Part shown: positions 37,171 to 64,000 of the stretch, piece by piece
Numbering within the stretch: the first letter of the stretch is position 1
Layout of the letters: each line of letters begins with the position of its first letter
Assembly: GCA_002633005.1 (NCBI GenBank)
Contig: NMRA01000416.1
Location: 334,018-398,017, forward strand
Direction of reading: 5' to 3'
DNA: 64,000 nt
Source: Phoronis australis
Lineage: Eukaryota; Animalia; Phoronida
Made by a program: the position numbers and the translations under genes
Notes under the pieces: model-generated
What the model was told of the DNA's origin: nothing
Databases searched by the model: none
Seen by the model: only the letters and a program-made list of their open reading frames with translations

Positions 37171-40100
37171 ACAGAAAATGCCACACCGATATTATCATGA
37201 CGAATCTATCCCTGCTGAAAATTCAAGCCAAAACCCAATTAGAATTGTTAACTGAAGCGTAAGTTTCAATTACCCCATTCCCTGCCAACACAATAGAGAG
37301 CCAGCTGGCTGGCCTGCCTCAGTTAAGATGGCATCATAAAATTCTCCAACTGAATAGGACTACTTGTGACCTTCTTTTTGACCTGGATTTTCATATGGAG
37401 GAACCAGAAACCTGTTATATGGTAGTTACATTGGCTGAGAACGAATTTTGTAGAAACGTTACATCCCAATAGGCTGGTTGCACTTACATTGCAATTATTT
37501 TACAATAAATGAAGTAATATGAAAGATAAGCAATATATCTAATCACACAAGTTTTTATTTTTAAAACATGCATACAAATAGATANTACAGTGTCTCGCTA
37601 GAAAAGCAACGTCTCGCCAGATTCCGAGAGATGTCGCCTTGTATTTTCAGAGTGATTTTTGCTAGATTTATTTTTCCTGCGTCGTTCGCTTTCCATGTAA
37701 TACAACAACGTAGACAAGTTATGATGTCATTGTGAAGTAGTTTATTTTCACCTTCTCAGTCCAGGCTTATACTGCACAATAGCCTTACCCACAAAACTCA
37801 AAATGGATATTTGATGACTTTGAGCTCATTCCACAAGAATTCTTTGCACGTCCGATGATAGTCTCAATTAATATTCGTTACCAAATAATTTATTGATTGA
37901 GACATTGCAGTTGACACTCTGATGCAGCACTCCTGGGCGACTTGTCAGTTGCACTGGAGGGTGAACAGAGACACATGGGCTGCTTGATCACTCTTTCAAG
38001 AGGCGAAACCTGCATTAGGTCCATATTTGCCGCACTTGTACAGTCAGGTATATTTTAGCTATATATAGGGTCAATTTTCAAGACGAGTCATTATTTTTAT
38101 GGTTAAGACGGAAGTTCAAATAATATACTTAATCTCGTTGAAATTGTGTCATACTGTATTTGAAAAATCCAGCAGCACATTTCCAGACGTGGCTGCGATA
38201 TTATTCCGAGAAACAACTACAAGCAGGACAGTTGAACTTATTCGTTAGCGCCTGGCATCAAGAAACGACCGCCTGGAAGTGTTGATCGAAAATAATATTT
38301 TACACATAATTGTCACAGGCTTTCCTTTTGGTCCTAGCGGCCTTTCCACAAGTTTGTACGAAACTGAAAAAGGCGATTGTGCCACACGGTTATTTCCGTG
38401 AAAGGACACAACACTTACAAGCGAACACATCATGAAAGTTATATGCTCTTGTAAATCAATGGGACGACACCACCCACCCTCTTCGCGATATTATAATTCA
38501 AATGCTGGCGACATCAAGCCAACGCTGCTTTTAGGAACGCAGTCAGGCCACGAGCACAAAATGAGCTAGCCCAAAGACACCATGCAGAAACCCGCGCATG
38601 CGCCATACAGCAACGGATGGTGTCGCTATCTTGTTCGGAAGATCCACTTGTTCAAAAAATTGTACACAGATTATAGCCCTATGGCTTAGGACAAAGACTA
38701 TACAGTTCAAGTGCCTTACCGCTCCCCAAAATGACAAGTTCACGACGGCCCCGGAGCTACGAGACTTAAATGCTCTTACATTGCAGATTCTAGAACTATT
38801 ACTAACTAGATTTTCCAATTTACGTTTGACTGAAGGGTATCTGTATTCACAGAAAAATAATTCACACTGAAGAAACAAGTGCTCTAAAAATGTATGGATT
38901 TCCGGATCCAGGTATGAAAAAGCAGATGCCAAATTTCTAGGCTCCTTTACTCAAAAAACTCCATTCGGTGTAAATCGTTCTTCATTACTAGTTCACAGGA
39001 TTTTGGTCAAACCTGGTGAACCTCAAACGTTTCATTTTTTAAAGGCTAGAACGGTGGTTCAATTTATACCTTATTTATGTGTGTGCACCATTTGCTCATC
39101 TGAAATTGCCTTCATTGATTTTGGCGATCTTTGTCGAAATTGGTGACTAAGTTGACGGTCTTCATCAATCTGAGAGCATTCATTGTATTCTTTCTCACGA
39201 CATGGACAGATTGGTGATCACTTCGTTTGAGGTAGTGATTATGAGGAAGGCATCTAATAATGACACTATCCCAGGTGACATGCCGTTGAATAAACGGAAT
39301 TACCAATTGAGAAGTAAACTGGCCTTTTGGCGGATTGCGAAAATCGATGCGTGCATATCCAAGGGGTCAGAATTTTGTTGCCAGTGTAATGAGGTGTTAC
39401 GCAGATCTTCTGGCCGGTTGGGTTATGTTTGAGTGTTGCGTGACAGCAAATACATTGTTCACATCATTGACTTAGGCAAGCGGTTTAGTTTTGCTTATAC
39501 TCTTGCCAGCGTTGGCGCAGTGACTATGACGTCACGTTGCAATTTCCGAGAAACAACGGTAGCATGATTTCCCATGGGAAATATGAGTTGGGTCACGGTG
39601 AGTCTCGGACAAAAATTGCCTCCCATCATGATAATATTTTTTCGTATTCCGGCTGCAAAGTTCAGCATTATCTTATATTCTCACTCTACAGACACAGCTT
39701 TTAACGGCAGATGACTGACCTAGCTAAAATGGTGTATTACACTGTAGTTTCTGCATTTATTATTTTAGTTAGTAATTGACATAACTTGAGTGATCGTGTA
39801 AACTACGGCTAGCTAAACTAACTCATTGGCATTGGCAAAAATTTTCACTCAAATTAAACGTCTGAAGTTGCTGTTGTTTAAGAACAATCCGCCTCTGAAT
39901 GATTTGGCCGACAGAGGCAGACTTCGACAACAAGATTCAAAAGCAGAAAAACAGCCACTAGGAGACATGGAATACTTCAAAACCACCCGACAACGAAAAG
40001 ACGATGTCATCAATTTGATAGAAACACATTTTGTTAAAATTCATGAAAATCCGACATGGACCTTGGAAGACAAAGATCAAAATGTGAAAAATAAAATTGC

Positions 40101-40755
40101 CCCTAAGGTGCGCGGTGATAGATGGATCCTTCTAAAAGTTTTCGTCGTCTGTTGGCAAGTTCATAGAAGTGGGCTTGCCAAAATTTACAAAGTTCCTGCA
40201 AGAGTTCATGAGACACAACCGCAAAAGCAAAAATATAACTGTCACTAGGTAGCTCCACAGTAGTCGGAGCAGTTAGAAAATCATCGTCAGCCGTCCTCTT
40301 CCCATTAAGAGCACATAACCTATTTTTATAATCGGCCATTCAAGAAGCACTCGCCAAACTGTAAACGAAAACCATCAAAACGGCCACAAGGTGCAAAAAT
40401 TGTCGAATTTATCCGAAAACGAGAAATTGGCGTCGTATCTTTAATAGATTATCATTTGCTAAATCATGTGTATGAAACTCTGTCAAGGAACTCCAAAGAT
40501 ACAGAGCATAACGTTAAAAATATTGATTGCCCCTGCTAGAGGGCAGAGTGATAAACGGATGTAGCTTCTTTTTCCTAAATTTGACAACAAATAAAATGAT
40601 CATGCGGCAAAAAGACAGATTTGTATGACGTATGAACATCCTTGAGTCAATCTCCATGAATTTGATGATATTTGGCTAAATACATTCCTGGGACGATACA
40701 CTACCTAAACGTTCCACTTAATTTCTTTCAGACACCTCTTCGCTGGCACCTCAAA

Positions 40756-41433
40756 ATGCAGTTGCCTGTTACTATACCACCGTCAACCAACCTTGATACT
40801 GTAGTGCTCAAATCACCCAAGGTTTTCAAGGCTCTTTCTATTACCCAGTTGGTTGTAGGAATAATTAGTATCATTTGTGGCGTTATGGCCTTGGCTTCTG
40901 ACAATAAGATAGACGAGACGGGAGCCCTTCAAGTCGGGACACCGGTACCTTTTGCCATTTCCGGTATAATAGGACTTCGTTCTGTGCGCATGCCGACGCC
41001 GTGTTTATTGATCGCAAACATGACCCTGTGTGTAATGTCTACCGTTTTTTCATTCGTCTTGTTGGTCGTCGTGTGGTATTATTCAAATCCGTTGGTCCTG
41101 CATATTGCACTCGCTTTCCTGGCGTTTGCAGAGTTCTCCATCTCGATCCTTTTGTGTGCACTTTGTTGCCAGGCACTTTGTTGCAAGAACCACGCACGTC
41201 CAGGTGTGATTATGGAAGCCAGCGCGCCTGACAAGGCAGGTGTTTTGGGACTATCTGTTGCAGCCATGCCCATGCAGACCCGTACAGCAGACACAACTAT
41301 GTTATACGAAAGCACTGCACAAGGGATAGAAGAAATGGCACTGAATCAACCAACCGAGACGGAAAATGGCTCCCAAGAAGAGAATGTGGAGAAAAATGTC
41401 ATTCTTCCAGGACAGTACCTCGTGAAAATTTAA
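40756..41433 (+). CDS. MS4A/CD20-like four-TM protein, copy 3 (225 aa)
   Basis: Acceptor aatttctttcAG at 40731; ATG at 40756; same four-TM and CC..CC signature. W->G in the TM2 motif (QVGTPVPF) and a Leu->Arg change in TM2 (IIGLRS). Confidence 0.8.
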   Translation: MQLPVTIPPSTNLDTVVLKSPKVFKALSITQLVVGIISIICGVMALASDNKIDETGALQVGTPVPFAISGIIGLRSVRMPTPCLLIANMTLCVMSTVFSFVLLVVVWYYSNPLVLHIALAFLAFAEFSISILLCALCCQALCCKNHARPGVIMEASAPDKAGVLGLSVAAMPMQTRTADTTMLYESTAQGIEEMALNQPTETENGSQEENVEKNVILPGQYLVKI

Positions 41434-44400
41434 GAAACAATAAAACAATCCGCCTTTGTTGTTCCCGTTTTTCTTGTTGTTGAATTTCAAATAGAATGTC
41501 ATCCTTCGACTTTATAGAAGTGGGCAGGTCGTCATTTACGACCGGGCTAATACCTCGGGTCACACTCCTATAAAATCCATGTCGCAGGCGCACAGATTCT
41601 AGCTCGCATAATATATAAGAAGAAAGTGGACGCCACCGTGTTTTTATCAGGTTATTGCGACATTTGCAGTTACACCCTTTGCGTAATTCTAGTTACCCCA
41701 GCGTTGTGCTCTTATTCATACATGCATTTTCAGCATTCACGAAGAGAAGGTGTTTTGTGATCGCGTCTTTCGATCTTTTCAACAGCCAGTTTTACGCAAA
41801 TGCGCTGGCGGCGAACTTGTTTGTTGCATCATTTTCTACATAAGTAACATTGCACTTGTTTTCATTTTCAGGCGAAAACTGAGTTTGACTCGATTGTATT
41901 TTCTAAGATACCCAGTGTTGAGCTCCTTCCTACATTCACCAGGGCAACCTTCGGGCAATTTGCATTGCAAAGAGGGGGTGGGGGGGCTGTGAAAGTTCGC
42001 CAACTTTCGTTTGTTTCTTCTGATTGTAGGAAGTTAAGTAATTAAGGTTACAGAGGGTGCAAATTATTTAAAACAGGAGAAAGTCTCTCAAGCAATTTCT
42101 AAGAGAATTATTTCATGTCGACAAAAATCATCGAGTGCACCTCTGCTTTGCTGTTTGGTGCTAGGATGATAGTTTTCGTGAGGAAATGAATATCTTGAGA
42201 ACCGGCATTATTCTCGCAGAGTGCGTCATATCCAAAAATACTTTTACTATTTTGTTGTTCTTGGGTAGACGAAATCACAGAATGTTTTGGTCAGTTTGTC
42301 ATGTAGTATCTTGAGTATTCTATTCATAGTATTCTGTACCTTTAAGGCGTTTTCCATCAAAATAAAGATGATAAAATTGATCTCGACGTTATTACTGGTC
42401 TGGATCAAAAAAGTCCTTGTTTACACCCTGTCACAAGATAAGTGGATAAAAAAATATAAATTTTAACAGAAAGTACTCTCGATGGTGTTTCTCAAATCTT
42501 AAAAATAAATCAACAAAGCCTACCTTGCTACGTCAACCGGGATAAACCAAAATGCCAAAAATCACTTTCACGAAAGACGTCGCTCTAGTCGGTAAGCGCA
42601 GTGTTGGTTTACGTAGTAAATGGCCAAAAAATGGTAAAACATTGTGATTTGTCATTTTCCTCTCTAAAATCGTTATTCCACGATTTTCCCGTACTAGAGA
42701 GGAGACAAGAATATAAATGCTCTTGCACTCCAGATTCAAAAATATATGTTAAAATATTTCATTACCAATCAAGATTTTATCAATCATTTTTCCCTTTTTC
42801 TGAAGGCGACCTAACCCTGTATTCGGGCAAGAAAATTTCTAGTGAACAAGGATATTTACTGAAAATGGCGAGACTTCCTTGTTTCGGTAGAAGAGTGACC
42901 AGTTCAAGAAACGCTAGTTCCTCGCTAGAAAAGCAAGATCTGGAGACATTCCGCGAAATATTGCGTGTATTTTTTAATGGCAGCACTTGATTTCGGCTAG
43001 ATTTTACTCACCGCAAGACAGTTATTGAACTCGACCCTGGGTCGCACGCTGGCAAGGAAATCTTGCTGCCTTACTGTGCTAGCAATAAAATACAACGACA
43101 TAAACTATATTTATGATGTCATTGTGAAGTACAGTTTTTTCAGCATCTCCAAGCTATTACCGTACAAATAGCCTTACTCACACAACTCAAAATCATGACT
43201 TCACACTCAATCTAGAAATATTATTTGGACGTCCGACATTGGTTTCCAAATAATTCATTGATTGAGCCATTGCAGTTGACACACTGCCGCTGCACTCCTG
43301 GGCCGCAACTGTCAGTTCGACTGGAGGGTGAACAAGAGACACGTGCTCCACAAGTAGGCCGCTTAATCATTGTTTCAAGAGATCAAACCTGCATTAGGGT
43401 CCTTATTTGCCACACTTGTACAGTCAGATATATTTTAACTATCGCCTCAATGAACGATCCCCCTGGAAAATATTCTCAAACGACGAAATACTCGTGTCAA
43501 GCATTAAAGATTTACAAAGAACAAAGACAATTTTGAATAGTGTTGATCAAAAGTACTATATCGCACATATTTGTGCCAGGCTTTCATTTTGCCCCTAGGT
43601 CTTTCTATAACATTGTACAAAGCTGAAAATACGATTTTGCCTCAAGATAATACCCATGACTGTCTAAGCATTTATAAGCGAACAAATCAGAACGCTTCAT
43701 GAAAGTTGTTCACAAATCAATGGGACGACGCCCTCAACCTGACACTCATACATGTACATTACGTAGTTTTTACGAACACTCTCAGGTCACGCCGGCACTG
43801 TTGCGAAAGTCACAAGCTAGCCCAAAGCCAACATGGCAAAAGTCCGCACAACAGCAACATATTGTGCTAATATCGTGTCCAGAGCTTTGACTTCTGCTTA
43901 ACGTGTTCACAAAATTGAATAAACTGCAGGCCTGTGGAATAAAGAGTAAAGGCTACACAGTTGATGTGGCTGATCTCCACGTAAACATGCACCCATTCGA
44001 CAAAGTCTTTTTCAATAAAAGCCCTTCTAACCACTGTTGTCTCAAGAAACCTGAAAAACGCATACAAAAAGCACATTCTATGGGATTTCTCAGGGATAAA
44101 GAAATTCAATGAATACATGGAAAATTGAGATGACCAAAATGCGATTTTGATATTGTTCTCCCCAAAATGATATATTCACGACGGTCCCGGTTACAGAATC
44201 ATAATGCTGTTGCACTGTAGCACTGTAGATTCCGACCAGAAGGGGTTAAAATAAGTCTTTACTAATTAAATTTTTCCAATTTACATTTGTGTGAAGGGTG
44301 CGTGTTATTCTATCTCTATCTCTCTAGAAACACTTCACACTCAAAGTCGATGATTCTGAAGTGGCGCATGTTACGAAATTAAAAGTGTAATGGTGACAAT

Positions 44401-46269
44401 TGTATGTAGGAAAAGTATGAAAACAATAATAAAAGAATTCACTTAAAAATAATTCGCGCTGAAGAAGCTAGTGCTCTCAAAATGGCTGGATTTCCGGATC
44501 CAAGTACAACAAAACTGATGCCAAATTTTTGGGCTTGTTTAATCAAACCAACTTCAAAAACTCTTGAATTCCATTCGGTTGTAATCGTTCCTCATTTACT
44601 AGCCTCGAGAATTTTCGTTAAAACTGTCCAACCACAAAATTTTCATTGTTTAAAAGCTCGAACCGACTGACCTTATTTGCGTATGTACCATTTCTCATCG
44701 GAAATTGCCTTCATTGATTTTGGCAGTCTTTTTCGAAATTGGTGACTTATTCGAGAGTCTTCTTTACTAGACTAATGTTCTGAGAGTGTTGTATTCTTTC
44801 TCACGACATGGACCAGTTTGAAACAATGGTTGGCAATCATGTGATATTCCGTTGAATGAACGGAGTTCCTAATTGAGACTTAAGTTGACATTTTGACGGA
44901 AAATCGGTGCGTGCACATCCCAGAGCACAGATTTGGTGTGCGAATCTAGTGAGGTGCTATGCAGAACCTCTGGCCGGTTGGGTTGCATGAAACAGCAAAA
45001 CGTATTTGCTGGATATTTTCGACTGTTGCATGACATCAAGTACATTCTTTATATTATTGAGTTTGGCAATCGTTTAATAAGTTCTTCCCTGCGTTGGCAG
45101 TGTGGCTATGACGTCACATTGCAATTTTTGAGAAGGAAAGGCAGCATTGTTTTCTACGGGAAGTACGGGCAAGGTGAATCTGAGGCGAACAATGCCTCCC
45201 ATTACGCCAGTACGCTTCTCCTATTCTAGCGGCAGAGTTCCCCATTCATTGTATTATACTCTCACTCTGCTGGTACAGCTTGTGACAGCAGATGGCAGAG
45301 CTAGCAAAATTGTGTAATACTTGGTTGATCTTATAAAATATGACTAGCTAAGCTAACTTATTGGCAAACTAAACGTCTTGCTGTAGTTCTTCAAGAACAA
45401 TCCCGCCTTAGAGTGATTTGGTCAACGGAGAGGCAGGCGTCGAGAACAAGATTCAAAAACAGCAAAAACAGTCACTAGGTGCATAGAATACGACAAATCC
45501 ACATAGAAGCGATAAGGCGGTGATGAATCTTTAATAAATACACGTTTGCCAAATTTCGTGAAAATCTACCAAGGAACATGGTAGACACAGAAAAAAATGT
45601 AAAAAAGTTGCCCCTAGGGTGCGCAGTGATAATCGGATCCGTCAATAATGTCGCCATCTATTGTCAAGTCCATAGAAACGCACTTGCCAAATTTTATGAA
45701 GTTCCTGCAAGAGGTTCATGAGATACTATGCTGCACGCAGAAAAATAACACCTAACACGAGGAAGCACCACAGTAGTGGAAGCCGTTGCAAAATCATCAT
45801 CACCCGTCCTCTTCCCAGTATAAATTTAATAATTTTCATAATTATCCAGAAGCACATGGCAAACCGTATACTAGAAAACAATAAAAGCGGCCGCTGCGAA
45901 GCCTAGAATATGTCGAATTCATTCAAAAACTAAAAGGTGGCGTCGCCTCCTTAACAGATTCCTATTTGCTAAATTATATGTATCTCCTCCAAGGAACCCT
46001 GGAGATATAGCAAAACATTAAAAAAAATAAAATTACCATTATATTAGGGCGCACAGTGACAGTCCGATGTAGAATTCTTCTTGTTAAATTTGACCAAAAA
46101 ATAAAATAATCATGGGGCCTATCAAATACAGATTGGTATAATGTATAAGAAATCTTGAGTCAGACTCTATATTTATGTAGATATTTGGCTTAATACGCAG
46201 ATTTGTCGATACGTTGCCTAAAACGTTACACTTGATTTCTTTCAGACACTTCTCCGCCGACATCCCACA

Positions 46270-46983
46270 ATGCAGCCGCCTGTACCTGTACCGCAGTCAA
46301 CCAAACTTGATCATGATACTGTAGTGTTCAGGTCACCTAAGGTTTTCAAGGCTCTTTCTATTACCCAGTTGGTTGTAGGAATAATTAGCATCATCTGTGG
46401 CATTATTGCCGTAGAAGTACATGACAGTGTGTGGGTTTTAACTAAACAGCTCGCGTTGTCCGCCTTGACAGGAGCCCTAGAAACCTGGACACCGATACCT
46501 TTCGTCATTTCCGGTATATTAGGTCTTCTTTCGGTGCGTGTGCGGGCAACGTGGTTAGTCATTACACACGTGACCCTGTGTATAATTTCTACCGTTTTAT
46601 CGTTCGTCCTGTTCGTCGATGCATGCATTTATTCATACCTGTTGGGCCCACATATTGCACTCGCTCTCCTGGCGTTTGTAGAGTTCTCCGTCTCGATCAT
46701 TTCGTGTGCACTCTGTTGCCAGGCACTTTGCTGTAAGAACTACGCATACCCAGGTGTGATTATTGAAGCCGGCGTGCCTCAGTCAGGTGTTCCGGGACTA
46801 CCTGTTGCAGCCATGCCAATGCAATCCGGTATAGCAGACTCTACGATGATGCGTCCACAAACTTTTCAAGCACCAATTCAAGAAACGCAAACAAATCAAC
46901 CTACCATACCAGAATTTGACTCCAAAGAACGGAACGAGGTGGAAGGTGTCATTCCTCCGGGGCAGTACCTCGTGAAAACTTAA
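46270..46983 (+). CDS. MS4A/CD20-like four-TM protein, copy 4 (237 aa)
   Basis: Acceptor gatttctttcAG at 46245. Motifs LSITQLVVG, ETWTPIPFVISGILGL and VEFSVSIISCALCCQALCC. Confidence 0.85.
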   Translation: MQPPVPVPQSTKLDHDTVVFRSPKVFKALSITQLVVGIISIICGIIAVEVHDSVWVLTKQLALSALTGALETWTPIPFVISGILGLLSVRVRATWLVITHVTLCIISTVLSFVLFVDACIYSYLLGPHIALALLAFVEFSVSIISCALCCQALCCKNYAYPGVIIEAGVPQSGVPGLPVAAMPMQSGIADSTMMRPQTFQAPIQETQTNQPTIPEFDSKERNEVEGVIPPGQYLVKT

Positions 46984-47178
46984 AAAATAATTAATCAATC
47001 CGTCTCAAGTTCTTTGTTGTTCTTCTTCTTCTTGTCTTAAGTGCAATGTCAACCCTCGCGGACGCTATATGAAAAGGGCCAGGTCGTCATTTGCGACTTG
47101 GCGGCCAACATATGTTAAGTCCAGGTTGCAAGCTCACAGATTCTAGATCGCAAAATCTGAAGTGAAAAATTGACGACG

Positions 47179-47246
47179 ATGGGCGGCACAGCACTGAAAA
47201 AAGTGGGGCTATAGCCCCCCCCAGCCCCTATGGTGCGCTGCCCATG
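47179..47246. mobile_element. ~70-bp MITE (ATGGGCGGC...GCTGCCCATG); related copies at ~49548-49631 and ~49635-49719
   Basis: Short TIRs and a shared CACTGAAAAAAGTGGG/CTATAGCC core. It is absent from the paralogous 3' flanks of copies 2 and 3. Confidence 0.6.
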
Positions 47247-49904
47247 CGTCGGCTTGTTTTTGTCAGGGGTTGCGTGAAATTTGCGGTTGCACCCCCTTGC
47301 GTCATCCTAGGTCCTCGCGGTGTTGTGCTCTTAGTATATCTGTGGCTTTTACAAAAAGACCCTTCTTTATATTGGACATTTTTTTTTCTTCTCGGCCGCT
47401 AGTTTCACGCAAATGCACAACCGGCGCCTTATTGCCTGCAGCGTTAGTCCGCGGTGCGCAGTGGTTGATCTTGCATAAGCCTCCTCAATGTTGAGCTATT
47501 TCCTGCATTTCCAAAACAACCTGTGGGCACGTTGCATTGAACATGTCTGCCCCGACTCGGCTCTTTGATCACTGGGCTTGTCGCGGTACCCGCCTTGGCA
47601 GTCGTGTCCCTGCATGTGTGGGTGTTCGATTGCCTCGGTGCGCATGTGACTATCGGTGCGGGCGCTGGCTTGCGGCTTCCACTAGCTACATGTATTCTAG
47701 TGGAAGACGGGGAGCGCGGCCTCCGTACTCATGGCTGGCCAGATAGAATACGGAGAGCTCAGGTACATGCAGTCAAGTATAGGCCTACCCCGGGTTAGCA
47801 GAAGACGGACGGTTTGCGCCAGCGCTTGTCAGCGCCGGTGGTGCTGGTGCAAACCCGACTTTCGATAGGAAGTTGCCGGCGGGTTTCTGTCGCAAAACGA
47901 AATGTGTCGATTATATCGACAATAACAGACACATTTTAAAATGCGCGTTTTCACTTTACCGTCCCTATATCGTGCCCGACTGTTGGGTTTTGCAGCCGTG
48001 GAAATCAAGGAGCTTGTATCAATTTCTCGGCCTCTTATATAAGTGCTCGTGCGGTAAGGCCAGGGGGCTACGATAGCCTAACCAGCCTCAGCCTTTTTGT
48101 GTGTACAATAATTAAATAGCTGAGTATTTCCACACCATGTGTGTCCGCTATACGTGTGACACTGGGGTTTATATCCGGCCTTGTGCATCGGATGGTTCTA
48201 AGTTTGTATTCGTACCACATGACGGCGTCAAGTTAACTTCCCAATCAGTGACATTACCACACGTATAGAGGGTTGTGAGCGTGTGATAACAAAGTAATTA
48301 AAATATTGCAATGTGGAGAGCAGTTTTAACTTGGTACAATAAATTTTAAATATTACAAAAAAGACTAAAAAGTTAATTTGCGTTGATCTTGACAAAGTGC
48401 CACTTCTCAAAAGAACGTTGGTTTAAATATGTTTCATACCTGTTTTAATTACTTTATTTTAATTCTCCCGTCTACTTATTTTTTCTTACCGGTTAGGATT
48501 GCTCGTATCTTTTTATTTTGTGTTTAAACAAAGTATCAAAACAACTTAGAAGTCATTGAGTTAATTGCGATCCCATGCCTGAATTTTCCATATTACAGCT
48601 ACGCCAAACATGCCACAGCAAACAAAACTACACGTGCCGTTAGTTCAAGTTCAATCTTTATTAGAACTCAAGTCATAAAATATATACAAAAGTGCAAATA
48701 TGGTGATAGCTAAACTGAAGATTTGGAACCTCTGGATAATTTTGGTTGCTGTAGGGCCTAACTACACATAACTATTCTAGGTTCTTTTTTCCTTAGTCAT
48801 AAAAATATATCACAGCTCTTGCTCACAGACTCCAACCTCATCCACTGCTTACACTCTCTCGTTGACTACAAAGCTAGCCATCTTAGTTGTCTTCACAGGT
48901 GTTCCATAACAACTACAAGCTAACTGTCGAAATTGGCGCATTTCCGCGAATAGCAGTTCTCCGGTTAGTGTACTGTTCCTGGAGTAAATTAGTTAGGCAT
49001 GCTATGGGCCATAAGCGATATTTTAAAAGTTTTTGACATCTAGTTTTAATGTAGCGTAGTTGTATATTAAAAGAATAATCCACGTAATATCATTAACTCT
49101 GATCAGCGTTCGTAAATCACCGAGTATATCAATAAGCACAGGGCGTTTATCTTCAATTGTACCCTATGTTTGTAGTTTTTAGCTAATAGTTGATCGATTT
49201 TTAAAAATCGAAAACCAAACTTGGTTGTTTTTTCCATCTGAATACAGCTGTGGTATTTGTTTTTAACGAAAACTGTCGCCAGTATGTACAGGCAGGATGT
49301 TTCATACAGTTTAGGGTCGGGTAATTACACTTAATTGGGTCTTGCTCGGCACCAGACAATGTGGTCATCGCACTGAGTCCGACTCCGGCGCCGCGCTCTC
49401 TTTGATCCCGGTAAAAGCCGCTCAGAAGGACGAGCGGTGAAAAGTCACGCATCTCTTTAGAAATGCTTGACTTTCGTGTAAGCATATTATTCACGGCATA
49501 CACTGCAGGCTGTAGCGATACGATCTTATTGGACTTAGAGCAATTGCATGATGGGCGGCCCACCCCGGGGGGCTGGGACTGAGCCAGGGGACTATAGCCT
49601 CCCACTTTTTTTCAGTGCTACGCCGCACATGGTCTATAGGCGGTGCACCACAGGAGGGCTGAGGGGGTTTTAGCCCCCTGACTATACGCCGCCCGGTTTC
49701 TTTCAGTGCGCCGCCCATGTGCACAATTTGAAAGAGAGCTGGCCCTCCAAACAGTGTCAGAATGGTGTTAATCAGTCGCGTAAGATATTGGATACAGGGA
49801 TCATCTTCCCAACTTGTTGTTGGGCAATATAATCGAATAAGTTGGGATCAACGGGAAAGAGCCGTAATTAATGGCGCAGCTGGGAGGCGCCATTTCATAC
49901 ATCA

Positions 49905-50003
49905 CGGTTGAGCGATAGGTGGCACCAGTGTATGCTACTTAAAAACCAAGATGGCTGCGCCCTTGATCAACTAGATGTAAAAGTTTTTTGACACACCTGC
50001 ACT
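49905..50003 (+). promoter_or_regulatory. Probable RABGGTB promoter/5' UTR with a YY1-type element
   Basis: CAAGATGGCTGC at 49947-49958 lies just upstream of ATG|GTGAGT, an arrangement typical of housekeeping gene starts. Confidence 0.5.
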
Positions 50004-63871
<13,868 letters not shown>

Positions 63872-64000
63872 TGAATTGCTGACCAGTTTATAATTCTTTT
63901 GAACAGAACTATTTCCTGTTTGTGCTGATGCAGTTAATGTATTTAGTCAGCATCTCCCTGACATTTTTATTTTTCCACAAGTCCATAGTTGGATGGGTGC

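Larger units (their letters stand above)
27900..47450 (+). repeat. Tandem segmental triplication carrying MS4A-like copies 2-4 (units ~27900-33400, ~37586-41910, ~42900-47450)
   Basis: Collinear homologous blocks upstream of, within and downstream of each CDS, e.g. TTATGATGTCATTGTGAAGT at 28073, 37719 and 43111, and GGTCGTCATTT/CACAGATTC in the 3' flanks. Confidence 0.88.

Overview
Repeat-rich animal genomic DNA, probably a marine invertebrate, with spliceosomal introns and five single-N assembly joins (16131, 24418, 37585, 55679, 61986). Three gene systems can be read. (1) A minus-strand coding exon (2235->1856) for a signal-peptide protein whose motif order resembles secreted AID/APOBEC-like (SNAD-type) deaminases, but with DAE where HAE is expected; the rest of the gene probably lies left of the window. 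(2) A tandem cluster of four plus-strand MS4A/CD20-like four-TM genes, each with an intronless CDS (18945, 32209, 40756, 46270); three sit in duplicated ~4.5-5.5 kb units. (3) The 5' two-thirds of RABGGTB (Rab geranylgeranyltransferase beta; 50004 to >63859), with part of the gene represented twice across an N-join, probably as two alleles. The rest is mostly decayed mobile DNA: Kolobok derivatives (TTAA TSD, THAP and KolX-like remnants), an Academ transposase remnant, a CA..TG MITE family with 5-bp TSDs, a Penelope-like element with an inverted pLTR and a decayed hammerhead ribozyme, HERO and CR1/L2 LINE fragments, a tRNA-derived SINE, palindromes and minisatellites. There is no CRISPR array, rRNA or intact tRNA. 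All family calls come from motif recognition by eye; no database search was run.
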